A stretch of DNA of 26,423 nt from positions 128,763,231 through 128,789,653 of the forward strand of contig JANKJI020000004.1 in the NCBI GenBank assembly GCA_024626585.2, given 5' to 3'. Below are positions 1 to 10,999 of the stretch, piece by piece (within the stretch, counting starts at the first letter, position 1; the number at the start of each line of letters is the position of its first letter). This DNA is from Ginkgo biloba. Taxonomy: Eukaryota; Plantae; Ginkgophyta. The position numbers and the translations under genes were made by a program. The notes under the pieces are model-generated. The model searched no databases. It saw only the letters and a list, made by a program, of their open reading frames with translations, and was not told where the DNA came from.

Positions 1-574
1 ATCAAGGCAATGTTGCAAAATATGGATATACCCTTCAAGCTGAAAGAAATAGCTCCTAGATAGAATATCAATAAATAATCACTAGAACATCATAGATACA
101 TATTAGTGAAGAAGATTTTTTTTTTTAATACACGCATAAACAAATAAGAAAGTAGAATTGTTGTCTATTTGAACATTGACGAGATGTGCATCTTGAATGC
201 ACATGTATCAACTCCATGAAAGCTTTGAGGATGAAGCATTTCATGAAAGGAGGGCATGTATTGACCCTAATTATCAAGTCTTCGTGTCTATTATGAATAA
301 TGTGCTTTAATTATTAAATAAGTCAATAGTTAGGGAGTTAATTATAAATGAAAGGACATAAGATGAAGAGACGCCTTTTCATAAGCATGCCTATAAATTT
401 ATGATCTATATTATATACACATCAGTCAACTCGCAATGCAACTGTTATTCTTTTGTCCATCAATTTTCACCAATTATTTGGTAAAACATTGTTCAAGATT
501 ATTTAAGACATAAAACTTGCCTCTAATACCACTTATAGTAAATCTTCAGGGTTCCACTACTCCAAACAACTACA
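1..574 (+). mobile_element. 3' end of a decayed Ty3/gypsy (chromovirus-like) retrotransposon: pol tail, polypurine tract and short 3' LTR (257-574)
   Basis: ctttgaggatgaagc...gaaaggagggca|TGTATTGACCC resembles the LEDK-tail/PPT/LTR junction of plant chromoviruses. PPT at 245-256; LTR bounded by TGTA (257) and TACA (571-574); TATA-like cctataaat near 390. Pattern recognition only; no partner LTR was identified. Confidence 0.5.
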
Positions 575-658
575 CATTGATATAAATCCACAGATAACAA
601 TAGCATATACATAAAATATCTATCACGCAATATGGTATTCATGCCTTAAAAATAAATG

Positions 659-692
659 GATGATCATATGATCATGATCATGATCATAGATC
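659..692. repeat. Short (ATGATC)n tandem repeat, self-complementary
   Basis: gatgatcatatgatcatgatcatgatcatagatc read directly. Confidence 0.7.
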
Positions 693-1224
693 GCAAAGGG
701 ACTCTCTGAATCCAAGAGTTTAAGAGAGACTCCGATAAGTCCAGACATGAGCCACAATTGTATGTAAGATTCCAAATTTACAATGAAGATCACAAATGAT
801 GCTTAAGTGTCCTTGTACACAATAGTCTCATTAAATTAACCCTTAGCCTGCCTCTATTTAGGCCTTAACAAAGATTTGTAGAGTGCTATTGCGGTTACAC
901 TTATAGACATAGGTCCCTTTTTAACACTACACAATTGTCTTAATTATCCATAATGATATAAATATGTTGGAATACACAACATATAATGATCACTGAACCA
1001 ATTTTTCTATGTCATTCTAACGATGTTATGGATGGTAGTCAATGAGGGCATGCTTCAAATGNNNNNNNNNNNNNNTCTATTTGTTTGAAGAGTTATGTGT
1101 TGATCATTTTCTTTATTTTGAGCAATCACCCATAAGGTTGGTGGGGCTTCGAATCCTAAGATTTTGTATGTCCTACCATTATTTGGAACCTAATGAATAA
1201 TAATATATGCGAGTTGACGAAAAA

Positions 1225-2250
1225 TATCCATTGGTGTTTAGAGTTTATAGTCGCCCATTTTGAGTTCTATATTATGACATTTTCATCCTTGCACAATTGA
1301 TCACTTTGGCATTCATGCTCTGAATAAAGGATGGATAAAATTGGGTTACCCTTTGGGTTGTATTTTTGTTAATGAAGTTGAGGTTGCTGCTTGAGTTAAT
1401 GAGGATGACAACCTTAGTGGTCTTGCTAAACCCTTCAAGTATTTGTGTTTGCATTGCGTCAATAATGTTGATACTATGGGATGACTATTTTCTTTTGTCT
1501 CTAATTCTCTTGGGGGGCAATTGTTTTCATATTCATCATCTTCTTTTTCATCTTGGGTTCTTCCTAGTGCTCAATGTCATAACAATATAATTAATGTCTA
1601 GGACATCTATATGCCCTCTTTGCCATTTATTATGACACTAGCAACAAGTACCTTTGATTCTATGTTCTATTTTCCTTTTTGTTAATCCTTTGTAGGAAAT
1701 GGAGTCCGATTGTCCTATGTTTTTCTTACCAAGTGGACTTATGTTGAAGAATATGCACTTTTTGTTTCTTAACATGGAAGGTCATTTTGATCATATTGAA
1801 GTTGATATGACTTTGTGTCTGGCCTATAATGGGCTTGACTTATTAATTGCTTTTATGATCTTTCATGCTTTAATTCTAGACCACATCTTGTATCCTCTCT
1901 CAATTCTCCTATGTATAATTCAAACTTATTATTCTTTTGGTATTCATTGATGTGATCCTCTCCAATTCTTTTTTGTTGCAATTTTGTTAATTGTCAGAAA
2001 TAAATGTCATCCAACATGTTTTTGTAATGCCTGACAAAATCTATAGTGAACTTTTGCCATGTTGTTGTAATTGACATTAACTTCTTCCCATACCCAACTC
2101 CTAGGTATAATGAGGCAAAGAGAATATGTTTTTTATTTGTCCCTAGTTCATGAGAAAATAGTCTTGTAATTTGTTGATCCAATTCTTTGGTTTATTTTGT
2201 CTATCCATGTTAAATTTCTCCAACACTACCTTGCCTCTATAATTGTTTAA
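1225..2250 (-). mobile_element. Degenerate Ty3/gypsy gag-protease remnant
   Basis: ORF 1272-1454 (QTQILEGFSKTTKVVILINSSSNLNFIN) matches the retropepsin motif LKIEGYIKKKKVIVLIDSGSTHNFI with the catalytic Asp lost. It continues in another frame as KCHNIELKMGDYKL*TPM (cf. GKCHNIKLSMGEYVLNSPM). ORF 1994-2182 (ITTTWQKFTIDFVRHY) is gag-like. Multiple stops and frameshifts. Confidence 0.8.
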
Positions 2251-2906
2251 GTTGGGCTATTGTTTTTTTTAGGGATTTTTCTTGCAACAACGGTTATTCT
2301 ATTTCATGCAGTTTAGTATTTGTGTTAACTTTTGTTTTGAGAGCCTTGATTTCAACTTTTAAGTTTAATACATATCCCTAATTTTTTGAGACTATGTTGT
2401 TGTTGTTTGCTAAAAGCTTTTATCTTGTTACATAGATGATAGTGACAGGTTTATAGAACTCACTTTCTCCTTATTGNNNNNNNNNNNNNNNNNNNNNNNN
2501 NNNNNNNNNNNNNNNNNNNNNNNNNNNNNNNNNNNNNNNNNNNNNNNNNNNNNNNNNNNNNNNNNNNNNNNNNNNNNNNNNNNNNNNNNNNNNNNNNNNN
2601 NNNNNNNNNNNNNNNNNNNNNNNNNNTATGTTCAGTAGTGTTGTTCGGGTGGTGCTGTAATACCCTGAACTCCCACTTTAACCATATAGAAGAAATGTTC
2701 ATGTAGGTGTGGACATAAACTAGAATGGGATCAGACTGGGTCACAGAATAGCCCACTTGTTGAACATGATATATTCAAGTTATCTCCTAGTAGTTTCGTT
2801 GAGGCAATACTCCACCAACGAAGGTCAAAAGATTGTTAGGCTCAATAGCAACCCAATTCTTATATGGATAGACAGTTATTACTCTTATGAGGTCTCAGCT
2901 TCATCA

Positions 2907-2918
2907 GTTCTGATACCA
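2907..2918 (-). other. Possible tRNA-iMet primer-binding site of the gag-protease remnant
   Basis: Minus strand TGGTATCAGAAC, 11/12 match to TGGTATCAGAGC, upstream of gag and in the same orientation. It is separated from gag by a gap and has no adjacent CA LTR end. Confidence 0.35.
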
Positions 2919-3549
2919 CTTCCTATGATCTGGACAAGACCTAGCTTTTGCTTTCAATTACAAAGTCTCGCTAAGATGCACATTCTCCCAACAAAGTGAG
3001 TGCTCTGTTTTAAAGACAGATAATATATATATTGATGAGTTACACATTTGTGTTAGTATATGGATATACAATTATGTGCCCCTTCACCTATATGTGGTGA
3101 TTGTTCATTTAATCAAAATGATTAATCAAACCCTGCTATCAAGTTTCATTGCACAAAAGCAATCAACGTTCGGGGTAAGATCAACAATTTGAATGGATGC
3201 TCAATGTGCTCCACAACTAATGGATCTTTGATAATTTCTGTGATTACAATATAAGTCCCGGGGAAGAACTCAAAGCTACCTTATCTAATAGTTAACCCAA
3301 CACACCCAATTCAATGTTGCATATAAGGCAGTTTCGTAGAAGGATTTCTGTGGCAAAGGAAGAAAATGTGAGAAAGGTCTATACATTGTCAAGAGAAAAT
3401 TACAAATTTGAGTTAAAAGCACCTGAATAGATGACGAATAAAATGCTTACAATATGTTCCCTGTTCACAACACAACTTTTCACACCAAATGTTGCGTGGA
3501 CATAGCGTATCACTTTACACCTCTTTAAAATTGCAATAGCAATGAATAT

Positions 3550-3653
3550 TTATGTTGGCTCTGATGGTAACATGCCACAACAAGCAGATGTGTTGCAAAA
3601 GCAAGATAACTTTTTTGAGCTTTCCCCAACCACTCCATAACTGAAAGTCAGTT
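3550..3653 (-). CDS. SUVR3: Terminal exon (visible 3' part) of SUVR3-like histone-lysine N-methyltransferase: SET C-terminus and post-SET
   Basis: Manual translation (E)LTFSYGVVGESSKKLSCFCNTSACCGMLPSEPT* shows the ELxFxY SET motif and post-SET CxCx4C. It parallels the Arabidopsis SUVR3 end (ELSFSYG...CSCGSSCCLGTLPCENT). TAA at 3552-3550; 5' part hidden in gap 3654-3753. Confidence 0.9.
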
Positions 3654-3753
3654 NNNNNNNNNNNNNNNNNNNNNNNNNNNNNNNNNNNNNNNNNNNNNNN
3701 NNNNNNNNNNNNNNNNNNNNNNNNNNNNNNNNNNNNNNNNNNNNNNNNNNNNN

Positions 3754-4093
3754 TGTGTGAGAATGCTATACTGAAACAGTACTTCCTTACTCATTTGAAG
3801 ATAATTTTGGCAAGTAAGAAGTGGCATTCATACTCAATAAATTAGGTAAAACATCAATTTAACTTATTTGAATTTCATAGAGAAAAAAATGTGAAGCATT
3901 AAATATTAACACTTCATGGGAACAATTTAGATGGATTTCACTTATATGAAATCTGAGCCCCACAAAAATAGGGTAATTCACCGGCATACTCAAGGAACAA
4001 AAGTCTCATTGGGCATTTAAGAGAAATTTTGATAGTTAACCAGAGAAAAGAAATTTTTTTAATGGAATTTGGACAAAAATGGGGGTGACTTAC
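3754..4093 (-). other. Intron of SUVR3-like gene (visible 5' part)
   Basis: Donor CTG|GTAAGT at 4094/4093, phase 1 within the Gly codon of CEYAG; AT-rich; acceptor probably in the 100-N gap. Confidence 0.8.
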
Positions 4094-4889
4094 CAGCATA
4101 CTCACAAACAAAGGTCCCTTGCACAATCTGCTCGGACGAATGCAAGCACCAACCCTTCCTCGGGTGCCTCACAACAGACACCCTAACAGCCAAACNNNNN
4201 NNNNNNNNNNNNNNNNNNCTGTTTCTGCAACTTAAATCACAGCGGCACGGTGGCCCACATTCTGTAACCAGCAGTGAACCTCCATTAAAACCCTGAAACA
4301 GGGGACTACAATCCTCATCAAATAAGGAAATTCTGCCATCCTCCGTATATGCACTACGATCGCAGCTTAGTTTACCGCACGGACAACCCTCCTCACCATC
4401 CTCAAATTCCTCGATGACAATATTGCGGACTAGCTCGTCGTCATAGGCGTGGTTTCGCTCCTGGTTTTCGAGGTTGACTTTATCAAACTCAGAGCAATCA
4501 AAACAGCTGCATCCAGCCTCGTCAAGAATTGCTGCAGACAGTATGTCATCTCCAATGCAACGAAGAGGACATCGTTTGGAATCTGAAAGGGTTTGAGAGA
4601 GTTCCTCACCCCATTGTTGTTTTGGGGGGGAAGAAGTTGGGAATATGGAGGTTGGAGTGTAAAGAAAGTAGGGATAATGACACTGATCTACCAGATTCGA
4701 TATGGGGACTTGATATTTCTCGAATCCTCGTGCAGCGTCTGCTATTCTGCGCGAGGTGATTGTGTTTGATAGTGCTCTGAGCGATTTGCATGAAGACGCC
4801 ATCGATGCCAAAGATTGGGGTGGAAGCCATGGGAGTACCAGACATGCCCACGTCCAACCTTCTTTTCCTCTTGATTTATGTAAATTCAT
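4094..4889 (-). CDS. SUVR3: First coding exon of SUVR3/SDG20-like histone-lysine N-methyltransferase (pre-SET plus N-terminal SET)
   Basis: ORF 4059-4910 contains the SUVR3-type N-terminus (LVLPWL...CKSL...RR.ADAARGFE...YPYFLYTP), pre-SET cysteines (GCSCFDC, CPC, ECGPPCRCDLSCRN) and SET motif KGWCL...GTFVCEYAG. First in-frame ATG at 4889; the ORF-track start at 4910 is TTG. Short N gap at 4196-4218. Confidence 0.92.
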
Positions 4890-4997
4890 TTTTGAATTGA
4901 TTTTTGTCAATTTGAATTATTTCTTTGTCTGCTGTAATTTTGTTCGTCTCTCATCCTATTAGATCTTTCTTTTAAGTTCAAAGAAATGTAGAAACTA

Positions 4998-5218
4998 CTA
5001 GTACGCCCCCGTGACAAATTTGCCACGGGGGCGTACCTTTCTCCCTGCGCCGTCCCGCCTGGCCCTCCCTCCCCCCTGCCCTGACCCCCGCTCTCCGCTC
5101 CCCGTCCCGCCCCTCCTTCCGCCACCGCTCCCCGTCNNNNNNNNNNNNNNNNNNNNNNNNNNNNNNNNNNNNNNNNNNNNNNNNNNNNNNNNNNTTTTTT
5201 TAGTTATATAGTATAAGA
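4998..5218 (-). mobile_element. Small non-autonomous Helitron upstream of SUVR3
   Basis: Minus strand: 5' A|TCTTATACTATATAAC (5218; alternative TC at 5223), GC-rich interior, 36-bp palindrome at 5001-5036 (one mismatch), 3' CTAG|T at 4998. Inserted between A and T with no target-site duplication. Interior partly masked (5137-5194). Confidence 0.72.
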
Positions 5219-5795
5219 TAAGATAAGCATTCATTCATTCGTTCATTGCTAATCTAAGTTATTTTGTTCATTTTTCCGGTCTTGAAAATTTTAGTAATAT
5301 CTAAACAAAAAATACCACTAGTATTATAGTGTAGTTGTTTTGGTTTTACTTACAATACCTTTTAGATTTCATTAAAGGCTTTCATTGCAAGTTGGATGAA
5401 ACATTTTTATTGCAAATATACTAACCCTAATCCATTTTTAATTATACTTTATTCGTTGTTAAAGGGGGAAAGGAAACCTTATGCTAGGTAGTGGATGAAA
5501 TTTGAGTGCATAAATTTCTATACCCTTAGGAATAGTTGGACCTATAAATGTTAGGACTATGGAAGAAGGTGGTGAGATATGAAAAGCCAAGTCACATCAT
5601 AGATGGCATGCAAAATATGTGCAAATATGTAACAAGGANNNNNNNNNNNNNNNNNNNNNNTACATTAGGTGGCTCATGAATGTAAACCCAATTAGAGATG
5701 TGCCAACAAGTATACATTATAGTTAAGGTGACACCTAAAAATTATTTATTTTCTAGAGACATTTCTACTTCATTTCTTACCTTAGGTGTTTGCAC

Positions 5796-5812
5796 TTCAC
5801 GTGACACGTGAA
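5796..5812. promoter_or_regulatory. Tandem G-box pair (CACGTG-A-CACGTG), about 0.9 kb upstream of SUVR3
   Basis: ttCACGTGaCACGTGaa, a perfect inverted repeat keeping two CpGs in CpG-poor DNA; function untested. Confidence 0.35.
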
Positions 5813-7504
5813 AATACATAAAGATGGAAAAGAATGTCACTGGAATGAAAGAGGGAGAGATTGACGGGTCTCATAAAATGGTATATTTTGTTATTCTAAT
5901 AATATATGTTTTGTTTTTTTCTATTTGCTTTTTATTAAATCTTCCTCATTTTTAGTCATCATTAATGTGTGGCATGCGGGGGCCAACTTTTGGAACAATG
6001 ATGGTTCCTATTCTATTTTGAGAATACTTAAATATAACATACTACTCAAAAACTCAAAATCTTGAGCATATTGTTCAAAAGGTAAAGTCAGATTTTGTTT
6101 TGAAGTAAATGCTCAAATGAGCACACTAAAACAAGTGTATTGAAAAATAGCAAATAAAAAGCATAAGCCATTACTTATATCTTTTCCTTAATATTCCATT
6201 TATTTTTCTATTTTGCNNNNNNNNNNNNNNNNNNNNNNNNNNNNNNNNNNNNNNNNNNNNNNNNNNNNNNNNNNNNNNNNNNNNNNNNNNNNNNNNNNNN
6301 NNNNNNNNNNNNNNNNNNNNNNNNNNNNNNNNNNNNNNNNNNNNNNNNNNNNNNNNNNNNNNNNNNNNNNNNNNNNNNNNNNNNNNNNNNNNNNNNNNNN
6401 NNNNNNNNNNNNNNNNNNNNNNNNNNNNNNNNNNNNNNNNNNNNNNNNNNNNNNNNNNNNNNNNNNNNNNNNNNNNNNNNNNNNNNNNNNNNNNNNNNNN
6501 NNNNNNNNNNNNNNNNNNNNNNNNNNNNNNNNNNNNNNNNNNNNNNNNNNNNNNNNNNNNNNNNNNNNNNNNNNNNNNNNNNNAAAATCATAATTCATAA
6601 AGCTCTCCATATTGCAAGATTAACCATTATATGATATGCATAGATTCAATATGATTCCTTCTATCATGTTTTATACGACTAAATGTTGCATGTTAAGCAC
6701 ATAATCAATGTGATTTCTAATGTGATGTTTTTACATAATTTTTTTTCATGCATTTTGCATTTAGCTACTACTAATAACAACAAAGGGAATCGAATTATTA
6801 TGCATAGAACATTGTTAANNNNNNNNNNCTTATTCACATTATTATTTGTTGTAAAAAGGCACAACAAATAAAGTAAAAATCCTATTCATCAAAATATTCA
6901 AACTCCTAGCCATGCAATTACATTGTTAATAGATTTTGAATTATACCAAATTGACATTTAAAAATTATTTTCACAATTGCACCACAATAAAAAAAACATA
7001 CAAGTTCTGATTTTTTTGACAAAGTTATAGTTATTATGCTTATTTTCCNNNNNNNNNNNNNNNNNNNNNNNNNNNNNNNNNNNNNNNNNNNNNNNNNNNN
7101 NNNNNNNNNNNNNNNCTTAATTGATGCCATAAAATACAATTTCAACCCTACTAATATTTATATATTATGAAATGTAAATACTTTGAACATAATGCAAAAA
7201 CTTGTAAATTTATATTATTATTTATTAGGCAAGGGTTCAAACCATAACCCATGAGAAGAAAATTGTACAACGTATGGACTCGCCACCTCGTGGCTCTTTT
7301 TATCATTATTATTATTATTTGGAGTAAATTATTATTACAAATTAGTGGAAATTAATCACCAAAATAATAATATACAGTTGTTGTTTAAAACTATATGATC
7401 CATAATAATTATTTATTCTCTTTAATAAATTCATTTATTTTGAGCCAATGGCATTTCATAATGTTTTAATTTATCATTAGTCCTTATCGTAAATAGGATT
7501 TATA

Positions 7505-7878
7505 GTATTTACTATTCTATTAGTTCACCATTGTATAATCATTTAGAAGAGATTATTTTTATAAGAACTAACTTCTCTTGAGTTATGGACATAATGTTGA
7601 AAATTTAATGTTATTTTTTAAATTAATATTTAATTGTATTATTATTTGTTAACAAATCATTTTCTTTTAAATTTTATCTTCTTATATTATTTTTTTTATA
7701 AAAATTTAAAAAAGAAGAAAAAATTAAAGGAGACCATTATGAATAAGAAAATTACAACTCTATTATAAATAGATATAATTTGGTAAAGAATTAATGGAAC
7801 TTAATTTATACTTAACAACCCCTCTCAACACATTCTATACCATAAATATTAAGTACTTTATACCTAAATGTATATTCA
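7505..7878 (+). repeat. Dispersed direct repeat, copy 1 (~375 bp; partner 11000-11382)
   Basis: Colinear shared blocks: ttagaagagattattttt; aaaaatttaaaaaa.aagaaaaaattaaag.agaccattat; aatggaacttaat; cataaatattaagtactt. Confidence 0.85.
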
Positions 7879-8205
7879 GCTTTTATTTGTATACTTTTAT
7901 ACTATATATTAAAAGAATTATTGTTAAATNNNNNNNNNNNNNNNNNNNNNNNNNNNNNNNNNNNNNNNNNNNNNNNNNNNNNNNNNNNNNNNNNNNNNNN
8001 NNNNNNNNNNNNNNNNNNNNNNNNNNNNNTGGTATTGAAATCAGTTAAAGGGGACTAGACAAATAAGTTATTATCTCTAGATATGTGGTTCAATTTTATA
8101 TTTATCTAAAAAATGGTAATTTTTTTAGATTATCAAATGCATCTTCCTTAAGGAAAATCACATCTTTACATATTTGGACATGGATTCTTTAAATTTGTTG
8201 ACCAA

Positions 8206-8327
8206 TGACTATTGGTGTTGAGGTTAATCCTCTTAGTTTGTTCATAAATTATGGAATGGTTTAATTTTACAGTTGGGATACTATAGGTCAATAAATTTTT
8301 GGTAAGCCTAAGAGATTGTTGTTATTA
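8206..8327 (+). pseudogene. RAN: Ran small GTPase pseudogene fragment (one exon)
   Basis: From 8208: TIGVEVNPLSLFINYGMV*FYSWDTIGQ*IFG, then frameshifted LRDCCYY. This matches plant Ran [39 protein letters not shown], with two stops and a frameshift. Confidence 0.88.
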
Positions 8328-10999
8328 TGTTCTACTTTCCCTAACTTTTAAATTGTGTAGATGTTTTATGTAATTTGTGTGTAATTAATCTAGTCTTCTC
8401 TTAAGCAAGTATTTGATTTTATAACAATGAGTGTATTGAATCATGAATTTTGTATAGCAAGAGTTTTTAGCAAGCATTTTATATTTGTTCTATATGCCAT
8501 GCCAAAGGTGAAATTTAATATATGTTTTCTTCAGGCTTACAAATGAAATATAGGCATAGGTATTTCCATTTCAAATTAACTTTAATAAGTAAGTAGAGCT
8601 CATATTTAATATATCATTGACTTAAATAGTTGAAATTTTATTTGAGAGCAAAGGAAGACAATTTGAAAATGGGGGAAAGGTTCATAAAAGATTGTAATGA
8701 TTTCTTTAGGTAAAACTTATAAGGAAGCATTACTTTTAGTTTTTTAGATTATGTTTTTGAATTATGAGTTGTGTTCATAGTCTATATTTTCTTTCACATA
8801 ATAAATCACTTGTACCTTTAAAGGTCAATCTTGTATAAACCTTTCTTTCATCTTGTTAAGCCAATAATGGGTTAAAAATCACTTTTGAAACTAAGGTAGC
8901 CTAGTGAAGTTCTAGATCATGAGAATAGAATCTAACATGTTCCATATGTCATTTAATGTCATAATTAGAGAAAACATTGGGACAATGTGTTATGTTAAAA
9001 TAATAAATGGTCTTATTTCATCCAACGCTTTTGCTAGGCACTTTGCTTGGTTTAATAGTATGCATGTATTTTTGACAGGAAGTTAACAATATCTCTCAAG
9101 TGATTTAACCTCCCTATGGTACCATGGATGTCAACACTCTAATGATATGATAATCATAAAATAATGTGATTCATAGAGGGTTCTAAGGTTCCAAATATAG
9201 ACTAACATGAACTATGCTTAGTTTGTCAATTTAAGGATTTTAAGTTATTGTTTTCTATTACTGGGTACTCTAATTGGTGGTTTAGGTTCTTATGTTATGC
9301 TTATTGAGTGGAAGTTGTGAGCATCTCCATGTTGAGCCACTCCACATGCATTAAGAATAATGTTCTAAAGTGTGTGTTCATTAGAATTCCATCACTAGTC
9401 AAAATTCTACTTGGATGCAAATATGCTCTTGAGGGAATAAAATACCACTAAATGACATGGGATAAATAAATGATCTATTGAAACTATTATTTATTCTATA
9501 GACATGCAAAAATATTGGGTCACATTATAATTATAAGGGCGTACATATTATTTTGAGAGGGATAATATGTTAAACACTTATGAGCTTGGTGTATATATAA
9601 AATATACTTTGTTTAACTAATGGTCCTATAAATTCATAATTTATTCCTCATTTATTAGATCTCCCTATATAACACAATTTGGTGTTGTAAATAGTGTTGT
9701 GTAAGGCTTCAANNNNNNNNNNTTATGTAGATTATATATTTTGAGGTTTATTTATAATGAGTGAGTATTCTCTTTATTGTATTGATATCACCATCCCTCA
9801 CTTTCTAAAATGCATAATGATGTTTTTATGCAGGCCAATTTCTAGTGAGTGTTCAATTGTTGGTTTATCCCTATCTCTTGGCATTCAACTTAAATGCATG
9901 GTTATGTAGTGATATCACGCAAGAAAAATTTCTTCAAGTAGCTATAATATTTCTTTTTATTTCTATCAAATTAGNNNNNNNNNNNTGTTCATGGAATTTT
10001 TCCATATCAATTATGTTAGAAATTGTTTCCTTTCTATTTGTCAAAATTACCCATTCCTTTTCTACATGTAAATTCTAGGCATCTTGGGTTTCTTTTTGCA
10101 TTTCTTAGTTATAAAGGTTTGTGCATTGGTGCTTTTTATTTTTCCTTTTGTATAGTGTTGATCATTTATTTTTTTACTAATGAGATTTTCTATAATGGTT
10201 TTAGTATCTTTCACTTTCATGATTTTCTTTACTTCATTGATTGATAAGGAAAAAAATTTCTTATATTTTTAGAAGGGTAAAATATTCCTTTAATGTTTGT
10301 CCCTTTCAATAGTTTTCACTTATGCATTTCATTGGAAAACATTCATTAACGTTTTCTACTTTATGGGTTCACTTTTTTGTTAGGTCTCACTACTTTTGAG
10401 GAGAATTAAAAATGTATTAAACTTTGTATACTCCCATAAATTATGGTTATATCATAAAAATATCTAGTAATTTTCCACTATTTTTTATTGCATCCATTAA
10501 CATCCATCCTTGTTCATTTGGTCAATTTATATTATCTTTATTTTCTATGCTCTATAGATTCTTATTATTGTTAAGTGTTTTCCCCATTTTTAAGGATAGG
10601 AAAATCTTATTTCAATCATATAAAGAGGTTGTAGGGTAGATATAATGAATAGTTTCTTTGAGTGTATGCTTAATTCTAATAGTGGACAACTTTGGGTTCC
10701 ATCAATATTTTTTGTTATTATTGGAAAAAACTCTAGATAAATATTGCCTACCTCTAAAATATNNNNNNNNNNNNNNNNNNNNNNNNNNNNNNNNNNNNNN
10801 NNNNNNNNNNNNNNNNNNNNNNNNNNNNNNNNNNNNNNNNNNNNNNNNNNNNNNNNNNNNNNNNNNNNNNNNNNNNNNNNNNNNNNNNNNNNNNNNNNNN
10901 NNNNNNNNNNNNNNNNNNNNNNNNNNNNNNNNNNNNNNNNNNNNNNNNNNNNNNNNNNNNNNNNNNNNNNNNNNNNNNNNNNNNNNNNNNNNNNNNNNN

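Noticed and set aside
3938-4126. ORF containing EYAGEL as a possible second SUVR3 exon
   Set aside because: Sequence after EYAGEL is not SET-like and stops; it is a duplicate of the exon/intron junction
4069-4962. Antisense and alternative-frame ORFs overlapping SUVR3
   Set aside because: Shadow ORFs of a GC-richer coding exon
5001-5036. Palindrome as a rho-independent terminator or CRISPR repeat
   Set aside because: Eukaryotic context and single copy; the Helitron 3' end explains it better
4907-5234. Gly/Pro-rich ORFs on both strands
   Set aside because: By-product of the GC-rich low-complexity Helitron interior
5422-5430. taaccctaa telo-box/telomere-like motif
   Set aside because: Single imperfect copy; not distinguishable from chance
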